NCBI GenBank assembly: GCA_964450715.1
Contig: CAYVFC010000016.1
Location: 1 to 58,677 of the forward strand
Length of the DNA: 58,677 nt
DNA from: an uncultured Sandaracinaceae bacterium
GTDB lineage: Bacteria; Myxococcota_A; Polyangia; Polyangiales; JAFGIB01
Reading direction: 5' to 3'
Of this stretch, positions 10,608-16,271 are shown one piece after another. Positions within the stretch are counted from its first letter, which is position 1; every line of letters begins with the position of its first letter. A model generated the notes under the pieces. It did no database searches. It saw only the letters and a program-made list of their open reading frames with translations, and had not been told where the DNA came from. Made by a program: the position numbers and the translations under genes.

Positions 10608-11366
10608 ATGTCGGCCGCCTCGAAGATCGAGTGGACGGAAACCACCTGGAATCCAGTACGCGGGTGCTCACGCGTTTCACCTGGATGCCAGACCTGTTAC
10701 GCCGAACGCATGGCACACCGTTTTAGCAGTCCTGGTATGCCTTACGAGCGGCTAACACGATCGTCCGCAAACGGGCCTAGATGGACCGGCCGACTTCGCA
10801 TCGTAGCTGACGCCATTGAAGAACCTCTTCGGTGGAGGAGGCCCCGGCTGGTCTTCGTTAACTCGATGTCCGACCTTTTCCACGAAGGTCTTCGGGATGA
10901 CGTCATAAAAGAAGTTTTCGAGACCATGGAACGCGCGCACTGGCATACGTTTCAAGTACTCACGAAGCGTGCAGACCGCCTAGCTGAGATGGCGCAGGAT
11001 TTGCGTTGGCCGACCAATATTTGGATGGGAGTTAGCGTAGAAACAGCGGACTACCTTTGGCGTGTTGACAAACTCCGAAGTGTACCGGCCGCTATTCGTT
11101 TCGTATCGATGGAACCTCTGCTTGGGCCGCTCCCGTCGCTCTCGCTTAGAAGAATTCATTGGGTAATCGTAGGAGGCGAGTCTGGACCCGGATCACGACC
11201 TATGGAAGAGGTTTGGGTACGAGGTATTCTAGAGCGTTGCCGAAGGGCCTCAGTACCTTTCTTCTTCAAACAGTGGGGAGGCGTTAGAAAAAACCGACTA
11301 GGACGGTGCCTCGACGGCCGTACCTACGACGAAATGCCGGAACCGCTAGAGCCAGTCTGGCAGTAA
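10608..11366 (+). CDS. phage Gp37/Gp68 family protein (DUF5131)
   Basis: N-terminal IEWTETTWNPVRGCSRVSPGCQTCYAE signature. AGGAGA RBS upstream of ATG 10608. The longer ORF start at 10374 overlaps tRNA-Glu and is rejected. Confidence 0.7.
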   Translation: MSAASKIEWTETTWNPVRGCSRVSPGCQTCYAERMAHRFSSPGMPYERLTRSSANGPRWTGRLRIVADAIEEPLRWRRPRLVFVNSMSDLFHEGLRDDVIKEVFETMERAHWHTFQVLTKRADRLAEMAQDLRWPTNIWMGVSVETADYLWRVDKLRSVPAAIRFVSMEPLLGPLPSLSLRRIHWVIVGGESGPGSRPMEEVWVRGILERCRRASVPFFFKQWGGVRKNRLGRCLDGRTYDEMPEPLEPVWQ

Positions 11367-11370
11367 CGCA

Positions 11371-12249
11371 ATGAATCCTGCATCCAAGAACGACTGCCCT
11401 CACTGTGGAACCAGGCAAGAAAACGGCAACTGCCCTGAGCCGCTCGACGATGGGCACGCCGTCCAATGCGTCGGTGGTTGGGCTCAATGGAAGCATCATT
11501 ATCTGAGCCAGTATATCGACGCGACGTGGAGAACCCGCGTAAAATACTTGCCCCCGAACGGTACGGGAGGAGCTGCCTATATCGATCTTTTCGCGGGACC
11601 GGGCCGGGCTCGGATACGTGATACCGGCGAGGTCATTGACGGTAGCCCTCTTATCGCGATGAGCCACGAGAAGGCCCCTTTCTCGAAAATCCTTCTCTGC
11701 GACCTAGAAAGCGACAACGTTACGGCACTGAAGGAACGATCTCGCCGATACGGAGACCGTGCAGAGGTTTTCAGCTTAGACTCTAACGCTGAGACTTCGG
11801 CCATTATCAATGCTATTCCGAACCTAGGACTAAATCTAGCTCTCGTAGATCCATTTCGACCGCGTGATCTGAAGTGGACCACGATCGAGAAGCTGGCAAA
11901 TCTCCAACGAATGGACTTGATTATAAACTTCGCCACAGGATTCATAAGACGCAATCTATTCGATTCTCCTGGATACGATCGCGTAGTTGACGAGATGCTT
12001 CCCTCCGATAGCGCGTGGAGGACTGCCGTTAGATCGACGAAAGAAGTGTCTAGGTTAATCGAATACTTCCGTAACGGATTGATCGATCTCGGATACGACG
12101 AATCTTGTGTTCGTTGCATTCCGGTTACGAATCGAAGAAACGTCGTGCTGTATCATCTGGTATTCGCGTCGAAACGCGATTTAGGTACCAGAATCTGGAA
12201 CAGCATCGCGCGCTCCGACCCGACCGGACAACGAGATTTTGGTTTCTAG
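11371..12249 (+). CDS. three-Cys-motif partner protein TcmP (methyltransferase-like)
   Basis: Starts 4 nt after the Gp37/Gp68 stop. N-terminal CPHCG...NGNCPEP Cys cluster, HWKHHYL, and an IDLFAGPG Rossmann motif I typical of SAM-dependent methyltransferases. Confidence 0.6.
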   Translation: MNPASKNDCPHCGTRQENGNCPEPLDDGHAVQCVGGWAQWKHHYLSQYIDATWRTRVKYLPPNGTGGAAYIDLFAGPGRARIRDTGEVIDGSPLIAMSHEKAPFSKILLCDLESDNVTALKERSRRYGDRAEVFSLDSNAETSAIINAIPNLGLNLALVDPFRPRDLKWTTIEKLANLQRMDLIINFATGFIRRNLFDSPGYDRVVDEMLPSDSAWRTAVRSTKEVSRLIEYFRNGLIDLGYDESCVRCIPVTNRRNVVLYHLVFASKRDLGTRIWNSIARSDPTGQRDFGF

Positions 12250-12283
12250 ATACTCGGGGACCCGCGTCCTTGAACAGAAGTAG

Positions 12284-12356
12284 TGTCCCCGGCGGGAATC
12301 GAACCCGCATCTGCTGGTCGAGAGCCAACCATCCTGAGCCGTTAGACGACGGGGAC
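12284..12356 (-). tRNA. tRNA-Glu (anticodon CTC)
   Basis: GTCCCCGTCGTCTAACGGCTCAGGA... resembles bacterial tRNA-Glu. Anticodon loop CTCTCGA, T-arm GCGGGTTCGATTCCCGC. Confidence 0.7.
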
Positions 12357-12369
12357 GTTGTCGGAGGGG

Positions 12370-12440
12370 TGCGACTGACCGGAATCGAACCGGTTCTTCC
12401 GCCGTGGCGGGGCGGCGTGCGGCCGGAACACCTCAGTCGC
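12370..12440 (-). tRNA. tRNA-Gly (anticodon GCC, C33 non-canonical)
   Basis: Acceptor GCGACTG/CAGTCGC, anticodon stem CCGCC/GGCGG with loop CCGCCAC, T-arm ACCGGTTCGATTCCGGT. Confidence 0.6.
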
Positions 12441-12582
12441 AACGGCGGAGAGCAGAGGAGTCGAACCTCGACGCCGAAGCGCCTGCCGGGTAGCGGCCGG
12501 CCGTGACGCCACCGTCACTGTGCTATCCCTGTTCGCCACTCACCTCGGTGGCGGAAGGTGGAGGAGTCGAACATGACTGTAG

Positions 12583-12632
12583 CCGTGCAAAGCGGAGCGG
12601 ACGCCAGTCCGCGGAGCTGCACGGGTATAGTC
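12583..12632 (-). repeat. conserved structured hairpin motif, copy 1 (core AGCGGAGYGGACGYCAGTCCRCGGAGCTG)
   Basis: Plus-strand sequence ccgtgcaAAGCGGAGCGGACGCCAGTCCGCGGAGCtgcacgg. The outer stem and the inner GCGGAC/GTCCGC stem both pair, with covariation relative to copies 2 and 3. Confidence 0.6.
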
Positions 12633-12741
12633 CTGTCGACGGGTCGGAGCGAAGCGGAGACCCTAGTCAACCCCTACGTCGGAACGTCCCCGGATTTCGA
12701 GACCGGTGTGGCACCGCTGCCACGTCACCTTCCATTCACGG

Positions 12742-12828
12742 GGCGGAAGCCGGAGGTCTCGATCCCCATGCCTACTGGCACGCGCCCGCTTCCAACGGGG
12801 CCCGAGTCCCACTCGGTTCAGCTTCCGC
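12742..12828 (-). tRNA. tRNA-like, Ser-type (anticodon GGA?) with long variable arm and aberrant T-arm
   Basis: Acceptor GCGGAAG/CTTCCGC, candidate anticodon loop TTGGAAG, long variable stem TGCC-AGTA-GGCA. The T-arm is degenerate, so this may be a pseudo-tRNA. Confidence 0.35.
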
Positions 12829-12842
12829 TTTGCGATGTAAGG

Positions 12843-12916
12843 TCGGGATGGTGGGCTTCGAACCCACGGCCTCCTGCTCCCGAAGCAGGCGCGCTCCCAG
12901 ACTGCGCCACATCCCG
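12843..12916 (-). tRNA. tRNA-Pro (anticodon CGG)
   Basis: Acceptor CGGGATG/CATCCCG, D-arm GCGCAGTCTGGGAGCGC, anticodon stem CCTGC/GCAGG with loop TTCGGGA, T-arm GTGGGTTCGAAGCCCAC. Confidence 0.75.
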
Positions 12917-13052
12917 TAAATACTTCTAGCGGCTAGTGCTATAAGATCCCCGGGGGAAGACAGCGGCGTCAGCGCGTCCCTGAATTCTTGACCTGAATTC
13001 GCGACCGCGTCAGACGCACCACGCGTCTGTCTTCACCCCGGGGGAGTCGAAC

Positions 13053-13595
13053 TCAGTTGCGCGGCTCATCCGAGTCCTCCTCCAGCGCCCCGTGCCAGTA
13101 CAACCAGTTGGTCCAGGCCTCGGGGATGGTGCACGCGGGGTCGATCCTGAAGGCGACCACCGGAAGCCATCTGGGCTTTTCCGGCTGCTTCAGAAGCCGC
13201 ATGCCGGCCTGCTCGGGGGTCCGGTGACCCTTGCGCCCGTTGCAGCGGTAGCAGGCCATGACGACATTCTCCCACCTGGTCTTTCCGCCCTGGGAGCGGG
13301 GAACCACGTGGTCGTACGTCAGCTTGCTGAGCGGGGACTTTCTCCCGCAGTATTGGCAGCGAAAACCGTCGCGCGTGGCGACGTTCATCCGCGAGAACTT
13401 CACCCCTCGTCTGCCCCGGATCGCGCGCAACAGGCGAACGACCGCGGGCATCTTGATGGTGAAGGTCACGGAACGGACGTCCTCGTCGTACTCCTCGATA
13501 ACCTCGACCTTGCCGTCGAAGAGCATGAGAACGGCGCGCTGCCAGCTAACGACACGGTGGGGCTGATACCCCTGATCCAGTACGAGCGTTCGCAT
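13053..13595 (-). CDS. HNH endonuclease
   Basis: CQYCG...YDHVVPRSQGG...WENVVMACYRCNGRKG is an HNH motif with a zinc-binding Cys pair. AAGGAGG RBS upstream of ATG 13595. Embedded in the tRNA array. Confidence 0.85.
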   Translation of the reverse strand: MRTLVLDQGYQPHRVVSWQRAVLMLFDGKVEVIEEYDEDVRSVTFTIKMPAVVRLLRAIRGRRGVKFSRMNVATRDGFRCQYCGRKSPLSKLTYDHVVPRSQGGKTRWENVVMACYRCNGRKGHRTPEQAGMRLLKQPEKPRWLPVVAFRIDPACTIPEAWTNWLYWHGALEEDSDEPRN

Positions 13596-13618
13596 GTTGC
13601 ACCTCCTTTTTCTATCTG

Positions 13619-13692
13619 CACTGGAGGGTGCGGACGGCGAGATTCGAACTCGCACTTGCCTGGGCTTGAATCAGGTGCCTCTGCCGATTGGG
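13619..13692 (-). tRNA. tRNA (anticodon ambiguous, CAA or TCA; short variable arm)
   Basis: Acceptor GCGGACG/CGTCCGC, D-arm GCCCAATCGGCAGAGGC, T-arm GCGAGTTCGAATCTCGC. The anticodon stem has an A-C mismatch. Confidence 0.55.
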
Positions 13693-13720
13693 CCACGTCC
13701 GCTCCATGCCGTTCCTGGCG

Positions 13721-13807
13721 CCTAGTCTGGTGCTGGGGACAGGAGTCGAACCTGCACGGCCACTATGGACCACCGGAGTCTGAGTCCGGCGCGTATTCCT
13801 GTTCCGC
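13721..13807 (-). tRNA. tRNA-Leu (anticodon CAG), long variable arm
   Basis: Acceptor GCTGGGG/CCCCAGC, anticodon stem CCGGA/TCCGG with loop CTCAGAC, an 18-nt variable arm, T-arm GCAGGTTCGACTCCTGT. Confidence 0.7.
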
Positions 13808-13819
13808 CACCCCAGCGTC

Positions 13820-13894
13820 CATGCTCGAGTGCCCACGGGAAGATTCGAACCTCCACTGTACGGATTCTTAGTCCGCTGCCTCTGCCGGGTTGGG
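13820..13894 (-). tRNA. tRNA with anticodon AAG (Leu-type anticodon but short variable arm; non-canonical)
   Basis: Acceptor GCCCACG/CGTGGGC, D-arm GCCCAACCCGGCAGAGGC, anticodon stem GCGGA/TCCGT with loop CTAAGAA, T-arm GGAGGTTCGAATCTTCC. Confidence 0.55.
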
Positions 13895-13899
13895 CTACG

Positions 13900-14070
13900 T
13901 GGGCCTGGTGCGAGCGGCCGGAGTCGCACGTGGTCGAAAATGTGCAAAGCGGAGTGGACGTCAGTCCACGGAGCTGCACATTTTCGGACGCGATACGGGT
14001 CGAAGACCCTAGTGCACCGGCACTGTCCCGGGTTTAAATCGAGCGCCTCTGCCGATTGGGCTACGCTCGC
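13900..14070 (-). ncRNA. aberrant 171-nt tRNA-like element with large insertion containing hairpin-motif copy 2; CCA encoded
   Basis: Perfect acceptor pair GCGAGCG...CGCTCGC-A-CCA. The tRNA-like D-arm GCCCAATCGGCAGAGGC is followed by about 100 nt with no canonical anticodon arm, then a T-loop-like TGCGACTCCGGCC. Confidence 0.45.
13937..13990 (-). repeat. conserved structured hairpin motif, copy 2
   Basis: gaaaatgtgcaAAGCGGAGTGGACGTCAGTCCACGGAGCtgcacattttc. It has an 11-bp outer stem and an inner GTGGAC/GTCCAC stem. Confidence 0.6.
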
Positions 14071-14076
14071 ATTGGG

Positions 14077-14149
14077 TACGGGGGGCCGGAGTCGAACCGG
14101 CGACCTCCTGTTTGTAAGACAGGCGCTCTTCCAGTTGAGCTACCCCCGC
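14077..14149 (-). tRNA. tRNA-Val (anticodon TAC)
   Basis: Acceptor GCGGGGG/CCCCCGT, D-arm GCTCAACTGGAAGAGC, anticodon stem CCTGT/ACAGG with loop CTTACAA, T-arm GCCGGTTCGACTCCGGC. Confidence 0.75.
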
Positions 14150-14156
14150 ATCTTGG

Positions 14157-14225
14157 TCCCGCCGAGCGGAATCGAACCGCCACCGTCGCCCTTATGAGAG
14201 GCGCGTCCGACCTTCGGACGGCGGG
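14157..14225 (-). tRNA. tRNA-Met (anticodon CAT), short D-arm, CCA encoded
   Basis: Acceptor CCCGCCG/CGGCGGG followed by ACCA, anticodon loop CTCATAA, T-arm GGCGGTTCGATTCCGCT. 69 nt. Confidence 0.6.
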
Positions 14226-14226
14226 T

Positions 14227-14298
14227 TGCGGGGGCAAGAATCGAACTTGCGGCGCTCCGGCGTATGAAACCGGGCTGGGATACCAGCACCCTCCCCGC
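14227..14298 (-). tRNA. tRNA-Met/Ile2-type (anticodon CAT), second copy
   Basis: Acceptor GCGGGG(A)/(C)CCCCGC, anticodon stem CCGGT/GCCGG with loop TTCATAC, T-arm GCAAGTTCGATTCTTGC. Confidence 0.6.
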
Positions 14299-14310
14299 GG
14301 CAACCCGCGG

Positions 14311-14384
14311 CGTCCCCGGAAGGAGTCGAACCTTCACGAAACCCGGCTTCGGAGACCGGCGCTCTTCCATTGAGCTACGAGGAC
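14311..14384 (-). tRNA. tRNA-Arg (anticodon CCG)
   Basis: Acceptor GTCCTCG/CGGGGAC, D-arm AGCTCAATGGAAGAGC, anticodon loop CTCCGAA, T-arm GAAGGTTCGACTCCTTC. Confidence 0.75.
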
Positions 14385-14409
14385 GAAAAGATACCTGACG
14401 CCTGCGCGG

Positions 14410-14482
14410 CACCCGCGGGGAGACTCGAACTCCCACCCTCCTGGTTCGTAGCCAGGCGCTCGTCCGCTTGAGCTTCGCGGGC
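14410..14482 (-). tRNA. tRNA-Arg (anticodon ACG)
   Basis: Acceptor GCCCGCG/CGCGGGT, D-arm GCTCAAGCGGACGAGC, anticodon stem CCTGG/CCAGG with loop CTACGAA, T-arm GGGAGTTCGAGTCTCCC. Confidence 0.75.
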
Positions 14483-14486
14483 ATGG

Positions 14487-14559
14487 CTCCCCCGACAGGA
14501 TTCGAACCTGCAAAGGCCGGCTTAGAAGACCGGTGCCCGTCCGATCGGGCTTCGGGGGC
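14487..14559 (-). tRNA. tRNA-Arg (anticodon TCT), CCA encoded
   Basis: Anticodon stem CCGGT/GCCGG with loop CTTCTAA, T-arm GCAGGTTCGAATCCTGT, acceptor ...CGGGGGA-G-CCA with a G1-A72 mismatch. Confidence 0.65.
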
Positions 14560-14587
14560 GACTTCCGTTAGGCGTACGTATCGACGG

Positions 14588-14658
14588 AGTGGCGGGAGGG
14601 AATCGAACCCTCGCATACCGGACTTGCAAACCGGTCCCTGCCCATTCGGATCCGCCAC
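14588..14658 (-). tRNA. tRNA-Cys (anticodon GCA)
   Basis: Acceptor GTGGCGG/CCGCCAC, anticodon loop TTGCAAG, T-arm GAGGGTTCGATTCCCTC. Confidence 0.6.
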
Positions 14659-14727
14659 GTAGCGGGCCCTGCCAGGCGGGAGCGTTTCAGGTCACACGGT
14701 CGTTATCCGTTGTACTCCCGCAAGGCA

Positions 14728-14799
14728 TAAGGCCCGGTGCGCCCGGCGGGATTCGAACCCGCTCCACCTGATTGGAAGCCAGGCGTGCTGCCTTGAACA
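14728..14799 (-). tRNA. tRNA-Gly (anticodon TCC)
   Basis: Acceptor GCGTCCG/CGGGCGC, anticodon stem CCTGG/TCAGG with loop CTTCCAA, T-arm GCGGGTTCGAATCCCGC. Confidence 0.7.
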
Positions 14800-14805
14800 C
14801 CTCGG

Positions 14806-14877
14806 ACGCAATTCGTGGAGCCGCGGGGAATCGAACCCCGGTCTTCCGCTTGCAAGGCGGATGCTCTCCCGGTTAAG
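14806..14877 (-). tRNA. tRNA-Ala (anticodon TGC)
   Basis: Acceptor GGGGCCG/CGGCTCC with the G3-U70 Ala identity pair, anticodon stem TCCGC/GCGGA with loop CTTGCAA, T-arm CGGGGTTCGATTCCCCG. Confidence 0.75.
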
Positions 14878-14886
14878 CGACGGCCC

Positions 14887-14958
14887 CTCTGGTCGGTAGG
14901 CCGGGCGCGAGTCGAACGCGCATCGGCCGCTTATAAGGCGACTGCTCTCTCCCTTGAG
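14887..14958 (-). tRNA. tRNA-Ile (anticodon TAT), unusual isoacceptor
   Basis: Acceptor GGGCCGG/CCGGCCT, D-arm GCTCAAGGGAGAGAGC, anticodon stem GTCGC/GCGGC with loop CTTATAA, T-arm GCGCGTTCGACTCGCGC. Confidence 0.6.
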
Positions 14959-14963
14959 CTACC

Positions 14964-15035
14964 GGCCCTTCGGTCCTCCCGGAAGGACTTGAACCTTCAT
15001 TTCCCGGTCATCAGCCGAGCGTCCTGGCCATTGGA
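14964..15035 (-). tRNA. tRNA-Ile (anticodon GAT)
   Basis: Acceptor CCTCCTG/CGGGAGG, anticodon stem CTCGG/CCGGG with loop CTGATGA, T-arm GAAGGTTCAAGTCCTTC. Confidence 0.7.
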
Positions 15036-15039
15036 CGAC

Positions 15040-15114
15040 AGGAGGGCGGGCTGGTCGGACGGACTCGAACCGACTTGCACCAGACTCACATTCTGGGCCC
15101 TCGACCACTTCGGG
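15040..15114 (-). tRNA. tRNA-His (anticodon GTG) with G-1
   Basis: 8-bp acceptor G-CTGGTCG/CGACCAG-C, anticodon stem CCAGA/TCTGG with loop ATGTGAG, T-arm GTCGGTTCGAGTCCGTC. Confidence 0.7.
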
Positions 15115-15159
15115 ATCGACCAGCATAGTCGTTCAGGCAGCGATACATCCCTCGACGGA

Positions 15160-15291
15160 TTCGCCTTGGTGTCACGGACCGGAATCGAACCGTTCGGCCG
15201 TCCCACGTCCGCTGCGCGGCCGTGAGTTTTTTGGACAGCCTCACCTCCTGGGTTTCAACCAGGCGCTCTTACCGTAGTGAGCTACCGTGAC
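15160..15291 (-). tRNA. tRNA-Phe (anticodon GAA) carrying a ~55-nt structured insertion between anticodon stem and T-stem
   Basis: Acceptor GTCACGG/CCGTGAC-A-CC, D-arm GCTCACTACGGTAAGAGC, anticodon stem CCTGG/CCAGG with loop TTGAAAC. A GC-rich insert GGTGAGGCTGTCC-A6-CTCACGGCCGCGCAGCGGACGTGGGACGGCC follows, then T-arm ACGGTTCGATTCCGGT. Confidence 0.6.
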
Positions 15292-15299
15292 GATGACGG

Positions 15300-15370
15300 C
15301 GCCACGTACGGGAATCGAACCCATCTCGACCGGTCGACAACCGGCTCGCATCCCAGATGCGCAACGTGGC
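15300..15370 (-). tRNA. tRNA-Asp (anticodon GTC)
   Basis: Acceptor GCCACGT/ACGTGGC-G, D-arm CGCATCTGGGATGCG, anticodon stem GCCGG/CCGGT with loop TTGTCGA, T-arm ATGGGTTCGATTCCCGT. Confidence 0.75.
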
Positions 15371-15420
15371 TTCATCACCCGCTCCTCCAAGACCCGGCAC
15401 GCCGTGGAGGAATCGACCGC

Positions 15421-15480
15421 CGTTGAAAACGTCCGGAGCGGAGTGGACGTCAGTCCACGGAGCTGGACGTTTTCAACGGT
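15421..15480 (-). repeat. conserved structured hairpin motif, copy 3 (inside a degenerate tRNA-like region, 15371-15555)
   Basis: gttgaaaacgtccGGAGCGGAGTGGACGTCAGTCCACGGAGCTggacgttttcaac, with a 13-bp outer stem. Flanked by a Trp-like anticodon hairpin (CTCCAAA) and a T-arm-like GGCGGTCGATTCCTCC. Confidence 0.6.
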
Positions 15481-15560
15481 GGCGACGGAGCGCGAAGCGC
15501 GGAGTCAACCCCCCGCGGTCGGGTTTGGAGCCCAACCTGCGCCCAGCGCCCGACGTCTAG

Positions 15561-15633
15561 CTCCGGAGGCAGGATTCGAACCTGCGGTTTGCCGGTTAAC
15601 AGCCGGCCGCCTTTCCGCTTGGCTACCCCGGAA
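15561..15633 (-). tRNA. tRNA-Asn (anticodon GTT)
   Basis: Acceptor TCCGGGG/CTCCGGA, D-arm GCCAAGCGGAAAGGC, anticodon stem GCCGG/CCGGC with loop CTGTTAA, T-arm CGCAGGTTCGAATCCTGC. Confidence 0.7.
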
Positions 15634-15714
15634 TAGTGTGCGGCGCCCGGTCGCCACTCCGGGCGCCCGCACGAAAGCCTTCTCGATTGTCAAAGAACAC
15701 GCTAGCTATGCCGG

Positions 15715-15785
15715 CTCGGGAGGAGGGATTCGAACCCCCGTCGACTTATCCAGAGTCAGTTGTCCTTCCGTTGGACGACTCCCGA
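15715..15785 (-). tRNA. non-canonical tRNA (anticodon uncertain, possibly GGA)
   Basis: Acceptor TCGGGAG/CTCCCGA, D-arm GTCCAACGGAAGGAC, T-arm GGGGGTTCGAATCCCTC. The anticodon arm is irregular (TGACT-CTGGATA-AGTCG). Confidence 0.45.
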
Positions 15786-15880
15786 ATGCTTCAAAGATCG
15801 CTCGAACAAATTTTCAAGAATCTAAACTCCGTTTTCAGGGTGCACTTCGCCGTCCGCCTTCAACGCGGTTGAAGGCGCAG

Positions 15881-15953
15881 TGGATCCGGTGGGCGTCGAA
15901 CCCACACGCGTCCGGTTAAGAGCCGGGTGCTCTGCCTGTTGAGCTACGGATCC
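15881..15953 (-). tRNA. tRNA-Lys (anticodon CTT)
   Basis: Acceptor GGATCCG/CGGATCC, D-arm GCTCAACAGGCAGAGC, anticodon loop CTCTTAA, T-arm GTGGGTTCGACGCCCAC. Confidence 0.7.
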
Positions 15954-15957
15954 GTTG

Positions 15958-16030
15958 TGGGGCCGGTGGGAATCGAACCCACAATCGTCCGGTTAAAAGC
16001 CGGCTGCTCTTCCTGTTGAGCTACGACCCC
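15958..16030 (-). tRNA. tRNA-Lys (anticodon TTT)
   Basis: Acceptor GGGGTCG/CGGCCCC, D-arm GCTCAACAGGAAGAGC, anticodon loop CTTTTAA, T-arm GTGGGTTCGATTCCCAC. Confidence 0.7.
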
Positions 16031-16096
16031 GTTGGGCGCAGCTCTCGTTTTTGTATGTGTAACTTCAATAACATAGCCTCCCTCCGTGTGACCTGG

Positions 16097-16179
16097 TGGG
16101 GCCGGCAGGATTCGAACCTGCATAGCGACCAGCGCGCCCGGTTTACAGCCGAGTTGGGATTCCTGCTCCCCTCGACCCC
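16097..16179 (-). tRNA. tRNA-Tyr (anticodon GTA), long variable arm, CCA encoded
   Basis: Acceptor GGGGTCG/CGGCCCC-A-CCA, D-stem GGGA/TCCC, anticodon stem CTCGG/CCGGG with loop CTGTAAA, 15-nt variable arm, T-arm GCAGGTTCGAATCCTGC. Confidence 0.7.
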
Positions 16180-16238
16180 AGAACACACTACCTTTCGAAT
16201 ACCCTTGTTTTTCAGCTATTTTCTCCCGTTCTTTTCAC

Positions 16239-16271
16239 AAAAAAACCGCCCGAGGCATCTACCTGGGGCGG
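16239..16271 (-). terminator. rho-independent terminator (minus strand)
   Basis: On the minus strand a GC-rich hairpin CCGCCCCAGG...CCTCGGGCGG is followed by TTTTTTTG. It sits immediately upstream (on the transcription side) of the first tRNA of the array. Confidence 0.5.

Noticed and set aside
13990-14010. CCCGGG-TTTAAA-TCGA run of restriction-site palindromes
   Set aside because: It looked like a synthetic multiple-cloning-site watermark. It is short, sits inside the aberrant tRNA-like element, and has no vector context, so it is probably coincidence.
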